Shown: positions 40,774 to 49,232, counted from the first letter of the stretch. The stretch is 64,000 bases of DNA from a virus (IMGVR_UViG_3300037485_001404:11235-75234), one strand, 5' to 3'. Notes: generated by a model not told the origin, from the sequence alone. A program made the numbers and translations.

Positions 40774-41817
40774 ATGATAAGATTGGGGGTATTGTCTCCT
40801 TCGCCAATAGATACCACGGGTTTGTTTAGGGTAGGTTGGCCTCTAGCTCTATTACGTAGGCAAACCCCTAATTTTGTATATACGTACATCAATGAAGTAT
40901 CCTGGCTATCGGCATCTCAAATTGATGCTTGTATGTTTCAAAGACCGTTTACTCCTGAGCATGTGACAATCCTTAATAGGTTCAAAGAAGAAAGTGTTCC
41001 GACCTGGATTGAGTATGATGATCTTCTTACCGCAATACCGAAGCACAATCCTTCTTTCGATACTTACGGTAAGCCAGACATACTGGAAGCATTGAAAATA
41101 ATACCTGCTCTGGTAGATATTATTACAGTTACTACCCCTTACCTCAAAGAATGCCTACAATCCCCTTCAGTGAAAGATGTTAGAGTTGTCCCCAATGCTT
41201 GGGATGACTATCATCTTCCGATGGAACAAGAGAAGCACGCGGTCAACAAATCTCTCCGTATCGTATGGAGAGGAAGTCCAACACATATTTCCGATCTTGA
41301 TCTATATGCCGATCCGGTTATTAGACTGCACAAAGAGGATCCAAGCATTCACTGGTTCTTCCTTGGGTTTAGACCTTGGTTTACTAGACAAATGGAACAA
41401 ACACACTGCCATGTCTTCGAGAAACCTCTAGATATGGTAGAATACATTAGATTTTTAGGGACTATCAGACCAGATATTCTCGTAGTACCTTTGACAGATG
41501 ATCCGTTTAATAGGGCTAAGAGCAATATTGCTTGGATGGAAGCATCCTTTGCAGATGCTGTGACTGTTGCTCCTGATTTCCCTGAATGGAATAGACCTGG
41601 GATTATAAACTACAAGGATTCTATTCTAGATACGCTATCGGATACGATAGTGAACATTGATTCGTTGAAGCACAATACAAAACTATCCTGGGATTTCATC
41701 CAAGAAAATCTTCTTCTCTCCAAGGTTAATTATTTGAGATGGGAAGTGCTGGAAGAAATAATAAGTAAGAAGAAGCCTATTACGACTTCTTTCTTACCTC
41801 TAGGATCGAGACCCTAA
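40774..41817 (+). CDS. GT-B (GT4-like) glycosyltransferase
   Basis: FQRP, IEYDDLL, VTTPYL, VVPNA, WRGSPTH, PLTDDPFNRAKSNIAWME. Confidence 0.85.
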   Translation: MIRLGVLSPSPIDTTGLFRVGWPLALLRRQTPNFVYTYINEVSWLSASQIDACMFQRPFTPEHVTILNRFKEESVPTWIEYDDLLTAIPKHNPSFDTYGKPDILEALKIIPALVDIITVTTPYLKECLQSPSVKDVRVVPNAWDDYHLPMEQEKHAVNKSLRIVWRGSPTHISDLDLYADPVIRLHKEDPSIHWFFLGFRPWFTRQMEQTHCHVFEKPLDMVEYIRFLGTIRPDILVVPLTDDPFNRAKSNIAWMEASFADAVTVAPDFPEWNRPGIINYKDSILDTLSDTIVNIDSLKHNTKLSWDFIQENLLLSKVNYLRWEVLEEIISKKKPITTSFLPLGSRP

Positions 41818-41824
41818 CGCTAAG

Positions 41825-43175
41825 GAACCATACGGTACTATACCAGAACCTCACCACATCTCAATACGCACTACCTCTATTCCACTTTATCGCACAATGC
41901 CGTCATGATAACATACAACGCATTACCCTCTCGACACTATAGCATACTTCACCTATTCTTCAAAGTATATGATACCACCCTACCTACATAAAACCTCGCT
42001 CGACTTCTACGCCACGGGACGGCATCTTACCACTACCGTACCGAACAGCACTCCACTTTACCCTCACTCCATGGAACAACACCTAACCAAAGCCCGACCG
42101 CATCTCACATCGCTTTATCCGGATAGCAAGTTAAGAGACTATACCTCCATGCCACGAGGCTCGGCTCGACCACAACCTTACATGACGAAACAATGCTATA
42201 CCCCAACTGTACGGTCCCGTATAAGATTTCACCTTCTGCAGTACCGATACCAAACCACAACACCAAACTACATAACTATGCCGTCACCTTTCCCACCTTA
42301 TCGGATCTCACCTTTACTTCACGCGAAGAAACTTTACCCCCTACATTAAGGCATCCTAGCTTAATCTACCTCGACCACAACTAAGTCCACTTGACCATCG
42401 CCTTACGTCATAATATCCTATCTTGCAGGAACGCAATCCCAGTATACAATGATTCAACACGACCATCGCCTTATCAAACACTGGTTCATCTTACCATCAC
42501 ACCAATGTACGTGGCTCTACCCCCATCTAATCTTATTGCACCCCACCTCTGCTGGAAAGCACATAGCGCAGCTTTACCTACACCGCAAGACACGTAACGC
42601 AGCATTGCCGCTACCTTGACGAATCGAACAGAACAATACCGCTACTTTATTGCCAGATTACTTGACCTCAACCCACCTTTAATAGGCGGTACGTGGCATA
42701 ACTTTAACGGCACTGGACCAAACCTGGACCAAAGACGAATTTACTCCTAACACATACTACGCGGCTTTACCTTTACCTGCATTAACCTACTACACCTTCG
42801 ATTGAAGTTAGTTTACCCCACCTACAACCTCACATCGCTTTATCAAACCAATACTACACTTGACTTTACCTAGACGAAAAATTCATATTATATCACCGAA
42901 ACTGCAACCTATTTCACTTTACCGTGGCATTGCGCCAATCCAGTCTACCACAACAACATACCGCAAAATCCTACCATCACCGAACTGTACCGAAGACAAC
43001 CATACCCTTACAGAATCCAGCGAAACCAGGCCCGCACTGAAGACAACGAAACCAAACCCTCACTAAACTGCACCGTGACAGAAGGTGGCTTAACTCTAAC
43101 TTTACATCGATGGCTTTAGTGCCACCCTTCGATTGAAGTTAGTTTACCCATCCTACAACCTCACATCGCCTTTCT
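41825..43175 (-). ncRNA. Putative guide-RNA array with 5-nt periodic (G/N)GY-NN motifs
   Basis: No minus-strand ORF of 60 aa or more. Plus strand parses as RC(C)NN pentamers, e.g. accat acggt actat accag; gcccg accgc atctc acatc gcttt; acatg acgaa acaat gctat. CYTTAY recurs about every 55-90 nt. Directly downstream of a Cas7-like gene. Confidence 0.75.
42795..43169. repeat. 44-bp direct repeat pair (42795-42838 and 43126-43169, 42/44 identical)
   Basis: CCTTCGATTGAAGTTAGTTTACCC(CA/AT)CCTACAACCTCACATCGC. Confidence 0.9.
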
Positions 43176-43243
43176 TATAACAGTCAATCTCCCACAGACT
43201 GTTCCCACCAAAATCATCCGGATTCTCCAGTCATTTCAAGCAC

Positions 43244-44092
43244 TTAGAGCCATCCGGGTGGTAAATCTTCTTCGTATCCCGGCAATTCTTCCAACTGATA
43301 AAGAAATGCGCCTTTGTTTCCACTGCCTCTCCATGATCCTAATCCCTGATTCTTACCAAGGTCTAGCAATACCTTCAACGCTTCAAATGTAAATGGTGAT
43401 CCCTTTCTAACTCTAAGCACTGTTCCCATTTCCGTATCCACAGGTAAGACTTCTGAAACAGCGATAGCAGTCTTTCGCTTGCCCATAACATCAAAGTGAA
43501 TAGCTCGCTCACAATAAGCGGGATTGCCCTCACTGTCACGAGCAATATCGCGGTCAGGGCGCATAAATTCATCAACAGCTTTAAGGTCCAGAGCACCACA
43601 ACCACCAGCAGCCACTTTAGTCTTGACAATGGATCTATCCTCCGTAGAAAGCATCACTTCGAGATTAGCCTTGATGTTACCAAGGATCATATGAGTAGAC
43701 ACCATAGGCCAACCCTTTTCATCTCTCATGAAAACTGTTGCCTGCTTTTGAGTTCCTTCTTTTACTGCTTCATCAAACTCTTTCTCAACGTCTACGATCA
43801 ACTCCAGCAATTCAGGGATAGTCTCAGGCAAAGCTTCATTCCTTCCAAGTCTTGCTTGAAAGGATCTGACTATCCCCTGTAGTTCCATTATTTCTTTCTC
43901 CACAGCCAATGCACTACCGGAATACTTTGCCAGTGCCTTGGTGACCTTGGCACCGAGCTTGTTGGCTTTCTCCAATTCTTTCTTGGTCTTAGAGAGGACG
44001 TGCTCATTGTAGATCGATGCTTTAGGGCAAGTGCCCAACATGTCTCGGATAAGCTTGAGGCGAAGGCGATAGTACAGAAAATTCCCAGTCAT
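43244..44092 (-). CDS. Stand-alone Cas7/RAMP-superfamily-like protein
   Basis: N-terminal strand YRLRLKLIRDMLGTCP, P-x-V...ILGNIKA helix, ER...SEVLP segment, C-terminal Gly-rich loop GKNQGLGSWRGSGNKGAF; AAGGAG RBS. Confidence 0.8.
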   Translation of the reverse strand: MTGNFLYYRLRLKLIRDMLGTCPKASIYNEHVLSKTKKELEKANKLGAKVTKALAKYSGSALAVEKEIMELQGIVRSFQARLGRNEALPETIPELLELIVDVEKEFDEAVKEGTQKQATVFMRDEKGWPMVSTHMILGNIKANLEVMLSTEDRSIVKTKVAAGGCGALDLKAVDEFMRPDRDIARDSEGNPAYCERAIHFDVMGKRKTAIAVSEVLPVDTEMGTVLRVRKGSPFTFEALKVLLDLGKNQGLGSWRGSGNKGAFLYQLEELPGYEEDLPPGWL

Positions 44093-44132
44093 AATTGCTC
44101 CTTATGCGTTAAGTGACTTCAGAACCGTTTTT

Positions 44133-44160
44133 ACCCTATCACACCCACCGAGGATGTCAA
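44133..44160 (-). promoter_or_regulatory. Sigma70-type promoter for the Cas7-like gene and array
   Basis: Minus strand TTGACA-16 nt-TAGGGT with TG extended -10. Confidence 0.6.
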
Positions 44161-44415
44161 CAGGCAAAGCTTGGACAGCCAAAATCCCGACCACACTTTG
44201 GACACCGCAACCCCTTGATATCATTAGACCGATCCAGGGAGATCTACTATATTGAATGACAAAAAAGACCCCTTTATCCAATAGTCCTAGCACCAAGGCT
44301 GAAATCGATTTGGACCCTATACTGATGCGATCTGCTCGAAAAGATTCAACCTTGAGCCTCTGAACGCGACAAATTTCAGGGCTTATCTGATTGACCGGCC
44401 AGTCAAGCCACCCTC

Positions 44416-44444
44416 TTGTATTCCACCTTATAACATGCTATGCT
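44416..44444 (+). promoter_or_regulatory. Sigma70-type promoter
   Basis: TTGTAT-17 nt-TATGCT with TG extension, upstream of GAGGAG/ATG 44466. Confidence 0.5.
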
Positions 44445-44465
44445 TCTACTATGAGGAGAATTCCA

Positions 44466-45098
44466 ATGAGAAGACTGTTCGCGATCTTAACGCTTTCTGC
44501 CTGTACTAACGCATCTTTAGAACCAGTACCGATAACTTATCCCAGAGCTACTCTACCCTTTCTTATCGAGGGTATTCCGTACACAGGTATAGCTGCAGCC
44601 CAGAGGAAAACCTCACAGAAGATAACAGTGAACACACAAAAGGATTCACCGTATCTGTTTATGACTACCTGCCATAGGGAACAGTTATTTGAACGTCCGG
44701 CACTAAACTTCGACTTCACTTATGTGCCCCAGTTCTGGATAGAGAACACATCCTACTGCCTTATAAAGTTCACAATGATTTCTGCTCAAGGAAAGACCTT
44801 GGTTGGATTCATCGATTTGTCCTCAGAAGATGATCTCCCATATCGCCTTCAGTGTAATGGAAGTTCTACTTCTCCAGTAGGATATTCTATTTGTCAGTCT
44901 CGTTCTGGTTTGATACAGAGAATATCATTTGATGTTAGAGTGGTAGTAGAACCAGCAAAGGGATGTAGTCTACCTGAACCAGACGGCTTCAGCTACAATA
45001 TCCCTCTATCTTCAGGTTTATGTCTTTATGTGTTCAGGGCTACCGATGGAAGATTTGCTAGATTAACTACCTACGGGTACACTGAGGTGCTACCATGA
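44466..45098 (+). CDS. Putative lipoprotein, Cys-rich periplasmic domain
   Basis: MRRLFAILTLSAC lipobox when started at ATG 44466. Confidence 0.65.
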   Translation: MRRLFAILTLSACTNASLEPVPITYPRATLPFLIEGIPYTGIAAAQRKTSQKITVNTQKDSPYLFMTTCHREQLFERPALNFDFTYVPQFWIENTSYCLIKFTMISAQGKTLVGFIDLSSEDDLPYRLQCNGSSTSPVGYSICQSRSGLIQRISFDVRVVVEPAKGCSLPEPDGFSYNIPLSSGLCLYVFRATDGRFARLTTYGYTEVLP

Positions 45099-45301
45099 TA
45101 GTTCCATTCCTTCCCCTTATTGCGTCAGTGGCCACTTACTTCGTCAACCTATTCATAAAAGACAAAGCGAAGCAAGAAGAGTACAGACTTAAAGTTCTTC
45201 AGGCTGTAGACTCTTACAATGCTACAGCTCTGGATTCAGCAAAGTTAAGGTCAGAGTATGTGAGGTTGAAAAATAAACTTAAGGCTGGACCTACTACTTA
45301 G
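45095..45301 (+). CDS. Small membrane-anchored coiled-coil protein
   Basis: Hydrophobic N-terminus; 4-bp overlap with the lipoprotein gene. Confidence 0.6.
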   Translation: MIVPFLPLIASVATYFVNLFIKDKAKQEEYRLKVLQAVDSYNATALDSAKLRSEYVRLKNKLKAGPTT

Positions 45302-45374
45302 GGTTTTTGTAGTATATCGTTTCTATAATTTCTTAGAAACGATTGTGGATATCTGTATAAGAGGAGTGGATATA

Positions 45375-45740
45375 ATGACAAAAGAGACTCATGAACCTAT
45401 CGGTTCTTTCGGTGTGAATGAAACACTGGAAGTTATTTCCTTTGGGATGCTTACTGCGAAAGGAATCGTAGACTCATTGAAGTCGGATGGAAAACTTGAT
45501 CCGTCAGACTATACCAACTTTCTTCCGGGTCTTATGCAAATACCGGATGCGTTGACAGGGTTGACGGATATCCCTAATGAGTTGAAAGAACTTTCACCGG
45601 AAGAGATGATCCTTATTAGGGACCATATTCTCACTTCACTCCCTGATATCGGTGAGAAGTGGATCGTTGTCGCCAAGGAGTCTTTCACCATCGGATTCTC
45701 AATCCTCAATATCCTTAAGGCGATCAAGAAGACTGCATGA
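45375..45740 (+). CDS. Hypothetical phage protein
   Basis: ATG 45375 after GAGGAG; ETLEV...DG...IPNELKEL. Confidence 0.65.
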   Translation: MTKETHEPIGSFGVNETLEVISFGMLTAKGIVDSLKSDGKLDPSDYTNFLPGLMQIPDALTGLTDIPNELKELSPEEMILIRDHILTSLPDIGEKWIVVAKESFTIGFSILNILKAIKKTA

Positions 45741-45756
45741 AAGATGCCTCCGTTTT

Positions 45757-45789
45757 AGGGTTCTACAATGCTTCTTGTAGGACCTTTTA
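45757..45789 (+). terminator. Putative rho-independent terminator
   Basis: AGGGTTCTACAA/TTGTAGGACCTT stem followed by T residues. Confidence 0.55.
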
Positions 45790-45904
45790 TGTTATAGTCC
45801 TTAGTATATTAAAGGTAGAACGAAGTGCCACTAAGATTCCTCATCCTTTCAAACGCCCAATTTAGCACGCTGGCAGATTACATCTCCCTATGTAGCTGCC
45901 GGAG

Positions 45905-46264
45905 GTGCGGGGTATGACTCATTTAGATATACTATTAGACAAACGAAAAGAAGCTAGAACTGAGGTAAAAAGAGTTGAGCAATCCATTGCAGTAGAAGCT
46001 TGTCCCCATAAATTAGGACAACTTGTAACCTATACCCATAAAGGTGGAAAGGTTCAAGCTATAATAACTCAGATCAGCTTTAGGGTTACTCCTCCTTATT
46101 ATTACATATCACTGAGTGTTATCAATGAGGACCATACACTGAAGAAACCTAGAAGAGTTTATCGTGAGAGTAGTTTAACTATACTAGACCTCAAAGATGG
46201 AAAGAACGATGCTCTCCTCAAGAAAAGGGTCAAAGAGTTATCGGAGAAAGGATTCATCCTCTAG
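45905..46264 (+). CDS. Hypothetical protein
   Basis: 119 aa, GGAGG upstream (start may be ATG 45914). Confidence 0.6.
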   Translation: MRGMTHLDILLDKRKEARTEVKRVEQSIAVEACPHKLGQLVTYTHKGGKVQAIITQISFRVTPPYYYISLSVINEDHTLKKPRRVYRESSLTILDLKDGKNDALLKKRVKELSEKGFIL

Positions 46265-46355
46265 ACTATCCATAATAGTAACATGGTATATTGTTGTTCC
46301 TCCCTAACAACAAGCGATGGTGGGGGAGGGGAGGGGTGGTATAGGTCTTCCCTTA

Positions 46356-46428
46356 TAAAATAACGCAGGGCCACCATAATACAGTGTCGTACAAAGAGAT
46401 TCTTTATGTAAAATAACGCAGGGCCACC
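46356..46428. repeat. 20-bp direct repeat TAAAATAACGCAGGGCCACC x2 (46356, 46409)
   Basis: Read directly. Confidence 0.9.
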
Positions 46429-46498
46429 TTGAGAGCGATTTTTTGTACCCCCTTGAGAGCGATTTTTTGTACCCCCTTGAGAGCGATTTTTTGTACCC
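46427..46498. repeat. 24-bp perfect tandem repeat CCTTGAGAGCGATTTTTTGTACCC x3
   Basis: Read directly; no spacers. Confidence 0.95.
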
Positions 46499-46645
46499 CC
46501 TACCCCACACCCCTACGCCATCCCACATTACCCTTATCCCGCCATGATATATCTAGGCATAGTATTACCTAGTCATAATAATAATTAGTCTTATCCTGCC
46601 TTGTCTGATTCTATCCTGATATGACCTGTCAGAATAGACTGTCGG

Positions 46646-46744
46646 GCTAACATCACACCAAAACGTGATCAAACTTCTTGAGCAATTCCAGCGGGTTTCG
46701 CCAAATCACGCGCTAACATCAAGCACACTCCCGCGCTAACATCA
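46646..46744. repeat. Dispersed GCTAACATCA x3 (46646, 46712, 46735)
   Basis: Read directly. Confidence 0.85.
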
Positions 46745-47112
46745 CGCCACTCCCTGATATTAACCACCAGTTAAGATCCCCCTTACCTCAACAATTTCCC
46801 TAGCTTACACCCTATTCATTCCTTTTATATCCATCTACCCTACATAAGATTTCCTCTATGACCTGACCTACATCGCCAGCCGCTCATCATTCCTCCCCTA
46901 TGATGACTTACCATAGGATATCCTTCACCTTTACCGCCAAGTGTCTAAGCATTTTTTCCTCTCAACTCCTTGGACACCTCCATCTAGCCATCCAACACTC
47001 TTTCCATTATCAACTACGACACAAAAAGTTATTCACCTTTCACTATTCAACCATCTATTCCTTGTACACTACACTTAAACATCAATCGTAATAATTCTAC
47101 ACGGTTAATGTT

Positions 47113-47128
47113 TGGCACGATACCTGCA
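47113..47128 (+). promoter_or_regulatory. Sigma54 (RpoN)-type -24/-12 promoter
   Basis: TGGCACG-ATAC-CTGCA versus consensus TGGCACG-N4-TTGCW; exact GG/GC spacing; upstream of the early genes. Confidence 0.6.
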
Positions 47129-47427
47129 ATGTGTTTTTTCGATGGCGCAGTATACTCCGGTCATCTTGGCACCCAACTGATTGCGTGGTTTGGTGTCCTC
47201 CCGCATAGCGTAAAGCCAACCGGGAAGTTACTCGTCGACGATGCCCGTTCCTTGCCCCGTCAACAAAAAGGCGGTCGGTACAGCAACAACCGGGACTAAG
47301 CGGAGGAAAGGATAACTCGAAATCCTACTAGGCTATAGGAAAGAGTATATCAAAACTCTTCCTGCTATGATGAATACAATGCCATTGTATTCATCTCAAT
47401 GCTGGTATACAACATGCTAGCAGTGAG

Positions 47428-47709
47428 ATGAAACAAGACAATAACGATGAAAAGGATAAGACAATGTGTTTGATTCTCTGTATCTCTGATGGATTTGGTG
47501 TTGAACAATACTGTGGTTTCTTCCATGATGTTGACCTCGATGAATACAATAACGATGATGAAGATGAAGACTGCGATAACATCTTCTCTCTGTTCAAGGT
47601 GAATGATGATGACTGGCTTAACAAAGAGGAGACATGGTTTAATGAATTCCATCCCTCATTCTGGTTGGCTAGACATGGCAAGGAATTGTGCTTCGGTGAC
47701 TACGTTTAA
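47428..47709 (+). CDS. Acidic hypothetical protein (early region)
   Basis: 93 aa, Asp/Glu-rich. Confidence 0.55.
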   Translation: MKQDNNDEKDKTMCLILCISDGFGVEQYCGFFHDVDLDEYNNDDEDEDCDNIFSLFKVNDDDWLNKEETWFNEFHPSFWLARHGKELCFGDYV

Positions 47710-47719
47710 GGAGAATGAT

Positions 47720-48376
47720 ATGCTAGTGAATACTAATGGTTTCAATGTGACTCGTGCTATCGTGGAGAACATCAAGACAGTGGACCGTATCACTTACTAT
47801 GATATGGTTGCCTTAATGGAAACAATCAACAGTCTTACCAATCCTATCCTGGATTGCATCGTCTTGAAACGTGGAGAGAATGGCATCATACCGATGACAA
47901 AGGTATCACGTCTGAGTCAATTCGATATGACTCATGTACAGAACCTGAACATGTGGAAGAAGAACTATCCTGACTTGTCAGGGTATAGCATCGTGAGATG
48001 CAAGTACAATTCCAACCTCGATATCGTCCCATCTACATACGATGAACTTGTCAAGGTGTGTGAGATATGGGATAGTGAAGCGGAACATTACGAAGCTCCT
48101 ACCAATGACGGTATCTACTGTCGTATCATGGGAGATATATCTGAGCATATGAAACAGGTTGTGGATGAACAGGGAACAACACTACAGCAGAAGATAGATT
48201 ATCTATCCAACGTTGATACCTTTCCCAGCAATCAACGCCTCACCCTGTACCCTGAAAAAGGTGGTGTCTATCTTGACTTTGTTATCGAGAAGATAACTGA
48301 GAAAGGATGGACAAAGATGATCAACGGTGGTCTAGTATACCGATTGCCTGATTGTACCTGGACTTCCCATACTTAA
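47720..48376 (+). CDS. Hypothetical protein
   Basis: ATG 47720 after AAGGAG, within track ORF 47603-48376. Confidence 0.7.
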   Translation: MLVNTNGFNVTRAIVENIKTVDRITYYDMVALMETINSLTNPILDCIVLKRGENGIIPMTKVSRLSQFDMTHVQNLNMWKKNYPDLSGYSIVRCKYNSNLDIVPSTYDELVKVCEIWDSEAEHYEAPTNDGIYCRIMGDISEHMKQVVDEQGTTLQQKIDYLSNVDTFPSNQRLTLYPEKGGVYLDFVIEKITEKGWTKMINGGLVYRLPDCTWTSHT

Positions 48377-48389
48377 TGCTTGACAATCT

Positions 48390-48413
48390 GAGCATCCATT
48401 GTTATGGATGCTC
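48390..48413. other. Perfect intergenic hairpin GAGCATCCAT-TGTT-ATGGATGCTC, preceded by TTGACA (48380)
   Basis: 10-bp stem read directly; function unknown. Confidence 0.6.
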
Positions 48414-48437
48414 TAGTGGTCTTAGTGTTAATACTCA

Positions 48438-48710
48438 ATGGAGTTACCAATGAAAGCTTTCTGCCTCTTCGCTTTACTGTCATGTTGTGCTACTGCTTCT
48501 CCCGTACCTGATACAACATACCGTTGTGTCTGTAACAACGTAGACAAGGGCAGATGTGAAACCATTTACATCAAATACTCTGAATACACATGGTATGTTA
48601 ATTTCTATTTCAAAGAGACTACCATCTTGAAACGATTGAATGAGTGCAGAGTAGATCGAACTGCGACAGACCCTTTCCCTAACCTTAACCTTACGATAGG
48701 TAGACTATGA
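48438..48710 (+). CDS. Small secreted or lipoprotein-like protein
   Basis: MKAFCLFALLSCC signal-like segment. Confidence 0.55.
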   Translation: MELPMKAFCLFALLSCCATASPVPDTTYRCVCNNVDKGRCETIYIKYSEYTWYVNFYFKETTILKRLNECRVDRTATDPFPNLNLTIGRL

Positions 48711-48775
48711 CCCTTAACCTTTCTGACACTGAGGGATACTGACCTGACTGGTCGGCCAGTCAACTAGGGTAGACT

Positions 48776-49045
48776 ATGAAAGGATTCTTTATGAAACGCA
48801 TGAAATGGAATGGATTAAACCTTGAAGTGACTGAGTTGATACTCCTCCGAAATGGATGGGAGTATTACGTGATCGGTGAACGTACTCAAGATATCTTCAA
48901 TGCTTTGGTATGGGGTTTTGAAATAGAGTTAGGTGACGTATCCTATGAAGAGATTAAGCCATACATCATGTGTAGCGAGATGCTTGACAAAGACAGTGAT
49001 GCTCTCCCAATTCCAGATGGAGAATGGATGGATAACAATGAATAG
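48776..49045 (+). CDS. Hypothetical protein
   Basis: GWEYYV...ALVWGFEIELGDVSYEEI pattern, reminiscent of DUF2958-like phage proteins. Confidence 0.6.
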   Translation: MKGFFMKRMKWNGLNLEVTELILLRNGWEYYVIGERTQDIFNALVWGFEIELGDVSYEEIKPYIMCSEMLDKDSDALPIPDGEWMDNNE

Positions 49046-49232
49046 ATTGCAGAATATGCGTGATAGGTTTGCAGAGTTAATTCAGCTTGACAGTGGAGCA
49101 TGTAGCGTGATAGCGATGGAAGTTGTAAGACTGTACCTCGAAGATACAGGTAACACTGACCTAGCTAAACGATTGATAGGACCAATCAACTATCGCTTAG
49201 CAGAGATAAGGGAGCAAGATCCAAATGGCTAA
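49038..49232 (+). CDS. Hypothetical protein
   Basis: Likely ATG 49038 within track ORF 48933-49232. Confidence 0.5.
   Translation: MNRLQNMRDRFAELIQLDSGACSVIAMEVVRLYLEDTGNTDLAKRLIGPINYRLAEIREQDPNG

Noticed and set aside
41969-43066. Plus-strand ORFs 41969-42349, 42193-42384, 42391-42597 and 42860-43066
   Set aside because: No RBS; Thr/Pro/His/Tyr-rich translations are the expected by-product of the A/C-rich pentamer array.
41825-43175. Canonical CRISPR array beside the Cas7-like gene
   Set aside because: No identical 25-45-bp repeats alternating with unique spacers; only one 44-bp duplication.
46427-46498. 3x24-bp repeat as a mini-CRISPR
   Set aside because: Head-to-tail copies with no spacers.
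46760-47100. G-poor stretch as a second pentamer array
   Set aside because: Similar skew, but I could not parse a sustained 5-nt register or the CYTTAY unit pattern.
47200-47310. c-di-GMP-I riboswitch similarity (CGTAAAGCC...GGGACTAAG)
   Set aside because: Only fragmentary; the GGCAAAC/GAAA first stem is missing and spacing is wrong.
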